Both the position numbers and the translations under genes were made by a program. From Octopus bimaculoides (Eukaryota), in assembly GCF_001194135.2 (NCBI RefSeq), contig NC_068988.1, forward strand, positions 23,752,708 through 23,795,157: DNA of 42,450 bases, read 5' to 3'. Shown here piece by piece: positions 1 through 10,841 of this stretch. The notes below the pieces were generated by a model, which was given only the letters and a program-made list of their open reading frames with translations, had not been told where the DNA came from and searched no databases. Position 1 is the first letter of the stretch. Each line of letters starts with the position of its first letter.

Positions 1-32
<32 letters not shown>

Positions 33-270
33 GGTATGTATTTATGTAGGTTATGCACATACATGTATATATGCTTAAATGCATGCGCACACCATATAAA
101 TATATACACATGTGTATAAATATTTATGGTATATTTGTTTATATAATTAAACATCCGTATAATGATATTAATTATATAATGATACAAAGAGAGGGGGAAG
201 AATGAAAGAGATAGACAGACAGACATGCAAGGAGACGAAGAGAAATAGAGACTAAGACAGAATCAATGCA

Positions 271-1192
271 TACGATGTGTGTTCAAAAAGTATCAGATTT
301 TATTTGTCCCCGCCAAAACTAGTGCCAGGTAGGCAAAATGTCTTGAGTTGGAGGTAACATCAGTCTTCATGCGCATGAGTAAAAAATTTCGTGCCGGTAG
401 ATGGCGTTGATTCCTGGCTGTTTCGCCAAGAATGCAGGCGGCTAAAGCGCGCGTGTAGAAATTTCGTTTTCACGTAAGATAATCGAATGCATCGAGAAGT
501 GATATTGCATTAGGTTTTGCCAAAAGAATGGTGATACTTGACTTCAGACCATCCAGAAGATTCTGGAAGCGTTTGGCAATGACGCCATAGGAAAGACGCA
601 GATCAAGGAGTGGTACAACCGCTTCAAACATGACTGTACCTCAGCGGATAGTGAGGTTCGCTCAGGCAAGTCATGCACAAGTCGAAGCGAGGAACCGATT
701 GAGACGGTCACGGAGGACTGTCGTGTAACAATCTAAGAAACTACTCATGAAGAGAAAATAAGCACAGAATCAGTGTTTCATTTTAACGGGAGATTTGTGT
801 GCTTGCAGAGTGTCGGTGTAATTCGTCCCCAAGGTGCTGGTGCCGCTACAGAAGCAACTCCGCATGGAAATCGCTCCGGACATGCTGGATTGTGCCAACC
901 ACGATCCAAACGTCATGAAGACCATTATCACTGGTGGTGAGACTTGGGTCTATGGTTTGCGCTCTATGCGTTCTGTTATCTTAGCTGAAAACGAAAATCC
1001 GATGAGCGCAGACTGCGTGTCTATACTCCAAGCGTAACAGCCGGGAACTGACGCGGCCTGCCGGCGAGAAAATTTTCTCTCTCGAGCGGGAAGGGTAGCG
1101 TCACCTCTGGTCCAAAGTATTTTACCCACGTGGTTTTATTTTTGGCGGGAAGTACAAAGTCAGATACTTTTTAGATTTCAATGCACCTTGTA
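271..1192 (+). mobile_element. Tc1/mariner-derived element, internally deleted, with long inverted arms
   Basis: Termini TAcgatgtgtgttcaaaaagtatcagattttatttgtccccgccaaaa (271-318) and ttttggcgggaagtacaaagtcagatactttttagatttcaatgcaccttgTA (1140-1192) are imperfect inverted repeats bounded by TA. A mariner transposase remnant lies inside. Confidence 0.88.
482..956 (+). pseudogene. mariner transposase N-terminal half (HTH region to first catalytic motif), with stops and a frameshift
   Basis: Hand translation: IECIEK*YCIRFCQKNGDT*LQTIQKILEAFGNDAIGKTQIKEWYNRFKHDCTSADSEVRSGKSCTS...ILTGDLCACRVSV*FVPKVLVPLQKQLRMEIAPDMLDCANHDPNVMKTIITGGETWVYG. This matches the mariner YCIKFC, WYNRFK, RSGRP, WVP-like and TGDETW motifs. 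The catalytic D reads G and the rest of the DD34D domain is absent. Confidence 0.9.
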
Positions 1193-1359
1193 CATTTGAC
1201 GAATAAACTCTACCAAATAATATGGTGGATGCTGTTTCTCCAGCGTGTATATCTAAACAAAGATAGATATAAAATAGATAGACAGACACATAAATATGCA
1301 TGTCTATATGTATATATGCATACATATATATACATATATATATACATATATATATATAC

Positions 1360-1396
<37 letters not shown>

Positions 1397-1893
1397 NNNN
1401 NNNNNNNNNNNNNNNNNNNNNNNNNNNNNNNNNNNNNNNNNNNNNNNNNNNNNNNNNNNNNNNNNNNNNNNNNNNNNNNNNNNNNNNNNNNNNNNNNNNN
1501 NNNNNNNNNNNNNNNNNNNNNNNNNNNNNNNNNNNNNNNNNNNNNNNNNNNNNNNNNNNNNNNNNNNNNNNNNNNNNNNNNNNNNNNNNNNNNNNNNNNN
1601 NNNNNNNNNNNNNNNNNNNNNNNNNNNNNNNNNNNNNNNNNNNNNNNNNNNNNNNNNNNNNNNNNNNNNNNNNNNNNNNNNNNNNNNNNNNNNNNNNNNN
1701 NNNNNNNNNNNNNNNNNNNNNNNNNNNNNNNNNNNNNNNNNNNNNNNNNNNNNNNNNNNNNNNNNNNNNNNNNNNNNNNNNNNNNNNNNNNNNNNNNNNN
1801 NNNNNNNNNNNNNNNNNNNNNNNNNNNNNNNNNNNNNNNNNNNNNNNNNNNNNNNNNNNNNNNNNNNNNNNNNNNNNNNNNNNNNNNNNNNNN

Positions 1894-1936
<43 letters not shown>

Positions 1937-2411
1937 GTATATATATACATATACATACATACACTCATACATATGTCTATAGTACACAAATATATCTTTA
2001 TACATATATGTATATGTGTGTATGTGTGGGCGTATGTATGAGTATTATAATATACAACATTATGATCGTGAGTTAAAGTACAGCACACTAATTTCCCATA
2101 ATGAAGACATGACCAGGCTGACCTTCAAAGCATTGTGTTATGCGGGATCAGATCGCTGCTATTTCCTGGCAGATGACGTTGCCTATCCTCTTTCAAGCCT
2201 TTAGATAAAATCACGCTGATAAGAAGTGAAACACATTCGCTCATATTACTTCAGGTGTAGGTTAAACATAGCAATACCCTCTTTACTATCAACATTGCTG
2301 TCGCAGATAATAGGACAGGTAGGAGCCAACGACAACCCCAACAACAGCAACAGCACCACCACTCCGTCACTACAATCGTCACCGTAAACACAACTACCTT
2401 TACATTACTAC

Positions 2412-2635
2412 TAATATCGGTTTCTAATGTTGGCACAAGTCCTGTAATTTCGGGAGGTGGAAGGCTAAGGTGATTACCTCGACTCCAATGCACAACTGGT
2501 ACTTATTTCATCGCCTATAAAACGGATGAAAGGCCAAGTCGACTTCGGCGGGATTTGAACTCTGAAAGTAAAACCGGACGAAATACGGCTAAGCATTTTT
2601 GCCCGGTGCGCTAATGATTCTGCCAAATCGCCGCC

Positions 2636-2637
<2 letters not shown>
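2412..2637 (-). mobile_element. SINE family A (tRNA head plus Deu/Nin-like core)
   Basis: Reverse strand starts aaggcggcgatttggcagaatcattagc (A box), has gagttcaaatcc (B box), then gtcgacttggcctttcatcc...aagtaccagttg. Homologous to other copies in the window. Confidence 0.85.

Positions 2638-2710
<73 letters not shown>
2638..2710. repeat. (AAT)n microsatellite
   Basis: Direct reading. Confidence 0.97.
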
Positions 2711-3379
2711 TATATATCGTCGTATGTTCTCACCACCGTCATCAGCATCAGCCGTAGCAGCAGCACCACGTCATCACCACCACCACCGCCACCTTTGTCG
2801 ATGTCTACGTCGTGGTCGTGGTCGTCGTCATCACAGTGACTGTCTATTCTACAAACAACAAAACACTAGGATACCTACAATCAGACGTACCAGATTAAAA
2901 AATAACATTAAGAAAAAACAAGAGAATCCCGCCTGTTGTACTAAACGATTGGAAATAGCTAGAAGTAAGACAGCAACCAATTCTGTTGAACACATCCGAT
3001 TACAGAATCTTATGCGTAGACAATATATAACCAAGTGTGTGATTTAATTTTCAGTCGCTGACGACTACTTTTGCTTCTGTTTTCTAGTTACTTCTATGAA
3101 ATTCATTGTGGACGCCATTGTGTTGGAGTATTCTATTAATTAGCATACGTCAGCATGTAAGCTTACGCATCTAGTCAGATACACACGAACACAGACACGC
3201 TGAAACACGCTGAAACAGACACACACATATAGAGATACACACACACACTCACACACATACACAAATACATAAGCACGCAGATATGAGCGTGTGCGTATAT
3301 ATTTATGCATTTGTATGTGGGTGTTTATGCATTAAATACTACATTTAATTGTATTGTCAATACATACATACAGCATATT

Positions 3380-3417
<38 letters not shown>

Positions 3418-3591
3418 CACACACATATATATATATACACACACACACATCAATATTTGAATAGATATGCATATGTGTGTGTGTGTGTGTGTGTGTTGTG
3501 TGGAGGGGATTGTGAGGGAAAATAATGTCAATTCCTTTATCAGGTCAATGCTACATATATGAAATATAATGTTGCTATAATAATAATAACT

Positions 3592-3680
3592 AGAAGAAGA
3601 AGAAGAAGAAGAAGAAGAAGAAGAACAACAACAACAACAACAACAACAGCAACAACAACAACAACAACAACAACAATAAC
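3592..3680. repeat. (AGA)n(CAA)n compound microsatellite
   Basis: Direct reading; explains the poly-C/S/V/L ORFs. Confidence 0.95.
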
Positions 3681-4979
3681 AAACAACGTTAATGATAATA
3701 ATTTTTGTTCGTAGTTGAAGAATGGAAAACTCAAGAATGAAACGGGGGAACTCACTATGGTTACTCACACCCAGTAATCAGTAATGCGTACGAGCAAATA
3801 TCATCGAGAATAGACAGAACCGTGGAAAGTGCTAAGGGCGGAACATGTATCGAGAAATATGAGTCAGTTGATAACTTGATAACTTTGTGTAGCCAAAGCA
3901 ACACACTACGACATATTACTTCAAAGGGGTTTTGAAGGTGAAGAAAAATGTATGAACGCCAACAAGAGAGTGTAACAGGACATGGTAAGTTAATGCATTA
4001 TGGGCCTTTACTGTATAGATTGGCTATAAGATTCGGACAAGTAGGCCAGATATTTTCATCGCGGATAAAGGAATGAAAATGGTCGCGGTATATATTACAC
4101 ATTTAATTTATCACAATTCAAAATACATGAAATTAACTGACAGGAATACAAGATTTAGAACAGCGATTTTAATATTGGGACTTTGGAGTGTAGTTGTGTG
4201 TTTGTACGCAGTCAGATGCTCAGCTATATATAAAAAAATAGAATAGCCAAATTACCTAAACCACAATCAAAACATTAAGAAAAGATGTTTCCTAGATAGA
4301 TAAGTTGTGAAGAATAAGGAGACACAATACTTGCGTTTGAACGGCGTTTGATCACAGGATTTCTTATGAGAGGTATTCTAAAAATTAAAGACCCACAACA
4401 TCAGTAACAAGAACAAACCGAAGGACTCGTTGTTCGCCTAATAAGTAAATAAGATCAATCACTTCCTGTCAAGAACAAAATATGTATTTTTGATACTAAA
4501 TTAATGGCCGTACTGCGTAAAAAAATACTGTATTTCATTTTTAATATGAATCTCTCGGATAACATCGATCAAATACATTAAATTTATGTTAGTAATTTGA
4601 GAGTCGGTATAGGCTGTTAATGTTATAACAACATTGGCCTTTCATACCTAACTCTATGACCTCTCACACCATAAGACAATCTTGTCTTAAGTTACAGATA
4701 TTAATGTTATGACGGCGATATGAGGGAAAGTTATGAGGTGGGGAGGAATAACGAGATGGCAATCGTTATTCCGTTTTTATTATATGTTTTATCGCATTCT
4801 GTGAACAGTAATATTAATGTTTATAGTTTCCTAAAGGAAAAAAAAAAAAAAAGAAATCACTGCATTTTGAATGGCGAAAGTAATACTGGACTGCCTGGCT
4901 ATACTGTTTGGGCAGAACAAATATAACAGCATTGTTTTAAAAGAAAGCACCGGTTTGTCCTTTAATTGCTTCAGTTATT

Positions 4980-5298
4980 AGACTGCGATGAGGCTGGGAC
5001 CCCGCCTTGAAGAATTTTGGACGAACGAAAAGACCCTACTAATTAATTAAATTTATTTTTAAAGCCTGGTATTTAGGCTACCGATTTCTTCTTCTTTTAC
5101 TCTTTTACTCGTTTTTGTCATTTGACCGCGGCCATGCTGGAGCACCGCCTTTAGTCGAGCAAATCGACCCCCAGGACTTATTCTTTGTAAGCCTAGTACT
5201 TATTCTATCGGTGTCTTTTGTCGAACCGCTAAGTTACGGGGATGTAAACACACCAGCATCAGTTGTCAAGTGATGTTGTGGGGACAAANNNNNNNNNN

Positions 5299-5343
<45 letters not shown>

Positions 5344-5570
5344 CGACGGGCTTCTTTCAGTTTCCGTCTACCAAATCCACTCACAAGGCTTTGGTCGGCC
5401 CGAAGCTATAGTAAAAGACCCTTGCCCAAGGTGCTCCACGCAGTGGGACTGAACCCGGACGTATGTGGTTGGTAAGCAAGCTACTTACCACACAGCCACT
5501 CCTGCGCCTATACTCTTATGCCAAAACTCTTAAGTTATCGTAACGTAAATGCAGACACAAAGACCCACAC
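4980..5570 (-). mobile_element. old SINE family B remnant interrupted by a younger family B copy
   Basis: 4980-5085 and 5510-5570 are degenerate, consecutive pieces of the family B 3' region on either side of the 5093-5509 copy. Confidence 0.55.
5093..5509 (-). mobile_element. SINE family B, near full length, with internal (TA)n
   Basis: Reverse strand: aggcgcaggagtggctgtgtggtaag (A box)...ccgggttcagtcccactgcg (B box)...internal TA repeat and 10-N gap...tail gtaaaagagtaaaag. Confidence 0.9.
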
Positions 5571-6099
5571 TTAAAACATGAAAATAAAGTAGGACACAGC
5601 ATTGAATTATGAACCTTAAATACACCTGTTGATATATTATGGTTGGCAAATGAAATACGAAGTTCCTATCAGCAATTAATCAGTGGAAAGCCTGTCCCAC
5701 TTTGGAATAAACGTATATTTAGTTGGAGATGTTTATTGAGAGAAATCAGTCACCGGTGAGCGACTATTCTCATTATTTGGAAGAACAATTATCCACTTTG
5801 CCGGATCAAGTAACAGGTCTATGTACACCATAAAATATAAGTTACCGCTTGAAATACATTAAAATATACTGTAACTTTTACACATCAGTTAGCTGCCTGT
5901 TAGCTTTAACATTTAAAACCAATTATTTTTCTTTTTAACGTTCTTTTTTCTATTTTTTAAAATTTATTTTAAAAATACTTATATTTTCTTTTATTTGTCT
6001 CAATTTAATTACAAGAGAACAAAAAATCAGAAAAAGATTTTAAAAAAAGGAGGGATTAAGCAGCAGAAGATGGAGGGAGAAAGAGAGCAACGGGCTGCT

Positions 6100-6358
6100 T
6101 ACCCTAGATAAAATGGCGTGTTCAGCGCCGCACCCCGCAGACATGACGGAGATGGTGTTGCTGCGGAGAATGGTCAGCCATACTTGCTGCAGCAACCACT
6201 CCACCTCGCGGATTTCATTTCTAAGATGGGCCGGCGTTAAACCCTATTTTGCGGAGGAAATCAACAGCACGAGTTCCAAGAACACATCAGGTCTCGATAG
6301 CGACCGGGACAAACTGATAGCAGCCGGTCAGGTCCCTGTATTTATATACCTTTCTCTC
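6100..6358 (-). pseudogene. 3' fragment of a CRE-like non-LTR retrotransposon (RLE C-terminus)
   Basis: Minus strand ERKVYKYRDLTGCYQFVPVAIET*CVLGTRAVDFLRKIG, then after a frameshift NEIREVEWLLQQVWLTILRSNTISVMSAG. Fits the E..K..KY..L...Y.F.P.A.ET.G..G..A..FL..IG and RE..L.Q..S....RGN pattern of CRE-clade ORF ends. Confidence 0.75.
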
Positions 6359-6583
6359 ATCTACTTCCTATAGGATCTTATTTAAAAGGCTTGACAGTAA
6401 CATGGATGTTATAGGAGCCATAATGGAGTCTAAGTTTGATCCATAAATTATTCACAAAAAGTGTATCATGCTTTATATAGAACTGTATGATAGCTGGCTC
6501 ACCGAAATGTTGAGATTCCTACGACACATCTACAGACACTGTTCACAATTGCTTTTTTCAGCATTTATAGTTTTTTTTTAATT

Positions 6584-6900
6584 GTGAAGGCGCATGGATC
6601 TGTGGTTAGAGCGTCGGGCTCACAATCATGAGGTAGTGAGTTCGATTTCCGGACAGGGATCTGTGTTGTGTTCTTGAGCATGACGCTTTATTTTACATTT
6701 CTCCAGTTCACTCAACTGTAGAAAGGTGTTGCGACGTCACTGGTGCCAAGCTGTATCGGCCCCTTTGCCTTTCCCTTGGATAACATTGGTGGTGTGGAGA
6801 GGGGAGACTGGTATGGATGGGCGACTGCTGGTCTTCCATAAACAACCTTGCCAGAACTTATGCCTCGGAGGAGGTACCTGAGGACTCTGCACCCACGATC
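6584..6900 (+). mobile_element. SINE family C
   Basis: gtgaaggcgcatggatctgtggttagagcg (A box), gagttcgatttcc (B box), then gtgttcttgagcatgacgcttta. Inverted homologue at 8559-8865. Confidence 0.85.
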
Positions 6901-7039
6901 GTCCCAGAAATAATGAATGAGAAGAGGGATGATGGATGGATATGCACTTCAACGTTATTCTTTTTAATGGATTCTGTTTTGATTCTATTGTATCTTTAAT
7001 CTTCTACATTTTTTCAATCATTTTATAAAGAGAAGGGTA

Positions 7040-7087
7040 GTTTTACAGATTTTTCAGCGATATAAAGTATATCCTATCATCAGAGAT
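7040..7087 (-). ncRNA. degenerate hammerhead ribozyme (antisense arm)
   Basis: Reverse strand atct-CTGATGA-taggatatactttatatcgct-GAAA-aatctg-TA-aaac. The core is kept but helices I-III are damaged. Confidence 0.5.
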
Positions 7088-7562
7088 TATATGAAAGAGT
7101 TAAATAGAAGGAAATCGTAGAGTTCAATATAAGAAGTTATTTCGAAAAGCGAGAGATATAAGGAACTATAAATGGAAATAAGAGAATAAAAATAAAGATA
7201 TATGTTGGATGTTAAACTTACTGTTCCATTATCCAAGGAATGTGTTGTGTAGAATGGATAAAAAGGCTTCTTGTCCATGGTATTCTAAGTTCCGGTAGGA
7301 GTTCTTATATTGTTATTTCATGTGGACAGTGTGTAATAACAAAATATGAACTCCTATCGGATCTCACATATCATGGACAACAATCCTTTTTGCCCATTCT
7401 ACATAACACATTCCTTGGAGAATGGAACAGTAAGTTTAACATCCAACATACATCTTTATTTTTATTCTTTTATTTCCCTTTCTACTTCCTATATCTCTCC
7501 CTTTCCAGAATAACTTCTTATATTGAAATCAAATGTTTCATTCTATCTAACTCTCTCATATC

Positions 7563-7610
7563 GTCTCTGATGATGGGATATCTTTTATATCCCGGAAACA
7601 GCTGTAAGAC
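7563..7610 (+). ncRNA. minimal type I hammerhead ribozyme
   Basis: GTCT(7563-66) CTGATGA(7567-73) stem II tgggatat-ctttt-atatcccg(7574-94; 8 bp including a closing U-G) GAAA(7595-98) C-AGCT-G T A(7599-7606; palindromic ACAGCTGT, GUA triplet) AGAC(7607-10, pairs with GTCT). Confidence 0.8.
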
Positions 7611-7918
7611 TACCCCCCCCCCTTTTATAAAAATGTCCTAGAAATTTCACACTGCCTTGGCTTTGTTGTCTCATTTTATTTAACATATACACTCTCACAC
7701 GCGACCCGTATTAGACCCCCCATGCTATTATCGAACCGGGAATCTAACAGCGGTCCTTCTGTAGTACTTACATAGACTTACCTGCCTTTTGGATCTTCTG
7801 TATATCAAAACCTANNNNNNNNNNNNNNNNNNNNNNNNNNNNNNNNNNNNNNNNNNNNNNNNNNNNNNNNNNNNNNNNNNNNNNNNNNNNNNNNNNNNNN
7901 NNNNNNNNNNNNNNNNNN

Positions 7919-7970
<52 letters not shown>

Positions 7971-8009
7971 GTATATATATACATATCCATATAGGAGGGG
8001 TTACTTATT

Positions 8010-8540
8010 TTAGTTTCCGTCTACCAAAACCTCTCACAAGGCTTTTGGTCGGCTTGGGTTATAGTAGAAGAAACTTGCCCAAGATGCCACGTAGCAGGAC
8101 TGAACCCGGAAGCAAAATTGTTTTCTCACGAGAGTTCTGGACCCTAGTTATGAACTCATTTGCATACAACCAATCAGAGGTCAAGTATCAAACTAATTTA
8201 TGAGCGCATAACAAGTGATGGGCGATAAGATAAGGCCACTTGGGAAAGGAATGACCATTCTTCTTTTCTCTTTTGATAATGCTTGTTGTTCTTGTTACGC
8301 ATAATCTGAGAGCTGGACGGCACCTTTCCTTTCACACTTTCCAAACAATCCTTTAAAGGTTTACCAGCACCAATGGGGTTTCTGCTACTAGCAGCAACCT
8401 TTGTTAATTTGACAACAAGGTGAAGGGGAGCTCTAATTGGCTGTATGCAAATGAGTTTATTACTGGGGTCCGGAACTCTGATGGGAGAAAAATTCGCATC
8501 CAGTAAACATGCGGTTGGAAAGCCAAACTCTTACCACACA
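8010..8540 (-). mobile_element. SINE family B head split by a MULE-like insertion
   Basis: 8010-8110 matches 5350-5458 up to actgaacccggaa. The continuation catgcggttggaaagccaaactcttaccacaca resumes at about 8508-8540. Confidence 0.75.
8108..8503 (-). mobile_element. non-autonomous Mutator-like (MULE) derivative with ~70-bp TIRs
   Basis: Arms 8108-8179 and 8431-8501 are inverted repeats. The interior (minus strand RNPIGAGKPLKDCLESVKGKVPSSSQIMR) is homologous to the transposase tail at 36285-36385 and to 33830-33950. No clean TSD was seen. Confidence 0.65.
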
Positions 8541-8558
8541 ATAGCAAAAGGTAAAGAG

Positions 8559-8865
8559 TAAACAACCCTTTCAGGCATGAATGGTCATGGGGTGCACCTA
8601 GAAAGCTACCATCCAAGGCACAAGTCCAAGCAAGATTTTTTGTGGCAGACTAGCAGTTGACCATGCATACCAGCCTTTCCTCTCCACACTACCGATGTCA
8701 TCAAAAGGAAAGGCAAAAGCCGATACAGCTTGGCTGAGTAAACTAGAGCAACGTGAAGTAAAGTGTCTTGCTCAAGAACATAGCACACAACCCGGTCCGA
8801 GAATCGAACTAACTACCTCATGATTGTGAGCTAGACGCTCTAACCACTGAGCGATGCGCCTTCAC
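8559..8865 (-). mobile_element. SINE family C
   Basis: Reverse complement of 6584-6900; ends ctctaaccactgagcgatgcgccttcac. Confidence 0.85.
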
Positions 8866-9205
8866 AATAAAATGTATGGATCAAATATTGACAGCGGTCA
8901 CCATTAGAGTGACTTCCTAAACAAAATTCAAAATTCAGTTTTTATAAGTGTGCCATAAGGAAATTAACGCCAGATACTGGAGGGAATTGAGTGAAGAACA
9001 TAGTGTTTAACTTAACATTGTGATGCTAGGAATTTATGTATCATGAAATTACATTCTCATAGTTATATTCAATTATACACATTTTTTTTTCCTTTCAAAT
9101 ATTCGTCTTATAATATTTGATATCGCTTTCTCTTCTCTTTTTGTATGCAAACATAACGAAAAAACATACATTAAAAAAAAAATGATATTGTAAGTAGTAA
9201 TTTCC

Positions 9206-9207
<2 letters not shown>

Positions 9208-9261
<54 letters not shown>

Positions 9262-9465
9262 GTTGTTGTTGTTGTTGTTGCTGTTATTGTTGTTGTTGTT
9301 TTTGTCGTTGTTCTTGTGGCTGCTGCTGTTATTGTTGTCGTCTCATCATCATCGTTATCTTCATCGCCATCATCGTCATCGTCATGATCGTCATAGTCAT
9401 CATCATCATTGTCATCGTCTTCGTCGCCGTCGTCGTCATCATAATCATCATGATCATCATCATAA
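9208..9465. repeat. compound (ATT)n(GTT)n(CAT/CGT)n microsatellite
   Basis: Direct reading. Confidence 0.95.
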
Positions 9466-10796
9466 ATAGAAACTTCTTTTCGCCTTGTCTTGTTTTGTTG
9501 CTTGACTTCGTAACGTGTTATTAGTATCAGAATTTTTGGTGTATCTTTCCAAAATGTTTCTTCTTGTTTTTTTTTGGATATATGTATATATATATATATA
9601 TATATATNNNNNNNNNNNNNNNNNNNNNNNNNNNNNNNNNNNNNNNNNNNNNNNNNNNNNNNNNNNNNNNNNNNNNNNNNNNNNNNNNNNNNNNNNNNNN
9701 NNNNNNNNNNNNNNNNNNNNNNNNNNNNNNNNNNNNNNNNNNNNNNNNNNNNNNNNNNNNNNNNNNNNNNNNNNNNNNNNNNNNNNNNNNNNNNNNNNNN
9801 NNNNNNNNNNNNNNNNNNNNNNNNNNNNNNNNNNNNNNNNNNNNNNNNNNNNNNNNNNNNNNNNNNNNNNNNNNNNNNNNNNNNNNNNNNNNNNNNNNNN
9901 NNNNNNNNNNNNNNNNNNNNNNNNNNNNNNNNNNNNNNNNNNNNNNNNNNNNNNNNNNNNNNNNNNNNNNNNNNNNNNNNNNNNNNNNNNNNNNNNNNNN
10001 NNNNNNNNNNNNNNNNNNNNNNNNNNNNNNNNNNNNNNNNNNNNNNNNNNNNNNNNNNNNNNNNNNNNNNNNNNATATATATATATATATATATATACAT
10101 ATATATGTGTGTGTGTACGTATGTATGTACTCATGTACCTATGTATTTATATGCATGCATGTATGTAAGTACGTATGCGTGTACGTATGTATGTATGTAT
10201 GTATGTATGTACGTATGAAAAAGCTTATAGAGAATATTATTTGAAGATGATATCAAAGTGTACAGCTAAAAGGTGAAATAACTAAATATATATGCCATAC
10301 AATGTGATACGCTCTGAGATAATTTCCATGATATGTAATGAGTATCCGTCGCAAGAAATTACTAAAGTGTTATGCGCAAAGAGATTTTCTATTAAATTGA
10401 ATGATAGGATATTTATGTATCGGCGTGTGTGTGTGCGCGCGCGTTCGAGCGTGTGTCTGCGTATAGACAGGGTCGCGTTAGTTGATGTCTGCGTTAGTAT
10501 AAAAATCCTATTCGTTACATACAAAGATCTCAATACTTAGATACATATTCCACCACATGACAACCCTCTTTACACATGTATATATATTGCGATACTTGCT
10601 TAGTTATTTTGTGGTTTCTGCGATTTGCAGTTGCGACCATACTGGATCATATTGATCGCAGTTCATACTAGGTTTAATAACGATAAGATCAGTGAACCTA
10701 TTGTAGGCGGTTCCCAAGCATAACAGGAATCCAGTGAAAGAAATAAGTTCGGTTGACAGGGTAGGACAGACGCAAATTACATTATGTGTGGCCTTG

Positions 10797-10841
<45 letters not shown>

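Larger units (their letters stand above)
7019..7813 (+). mobile_element. Penelope-like/retrozyme-like element: inverted repeat pair (~615-bp palindrome) plus a 3' unique segment
   Basis: 7019-7325 is the imperfect reverse complement of 7326-7634 with essentially no spacer. Each arm has a hammerhead motif. 7664-7813 is homologous to 39095-39246. The element runs into a gap at 7815. Confidence 0.7.

Noticed and set aside
6584-6660. tRNA-like A/B boxes (also in the other SINE heads and ggttcgaatcc near 27274)
   Set aside because: No complete cloverleaf; these continue into SINE bodies or are isolated motifs.
8158-8174. Histone H2B-like promoter implying a histone gene
   Set aside because: No histone ORF nearby; the motif lies in a transposon TIR and is mirrored in the other arm.
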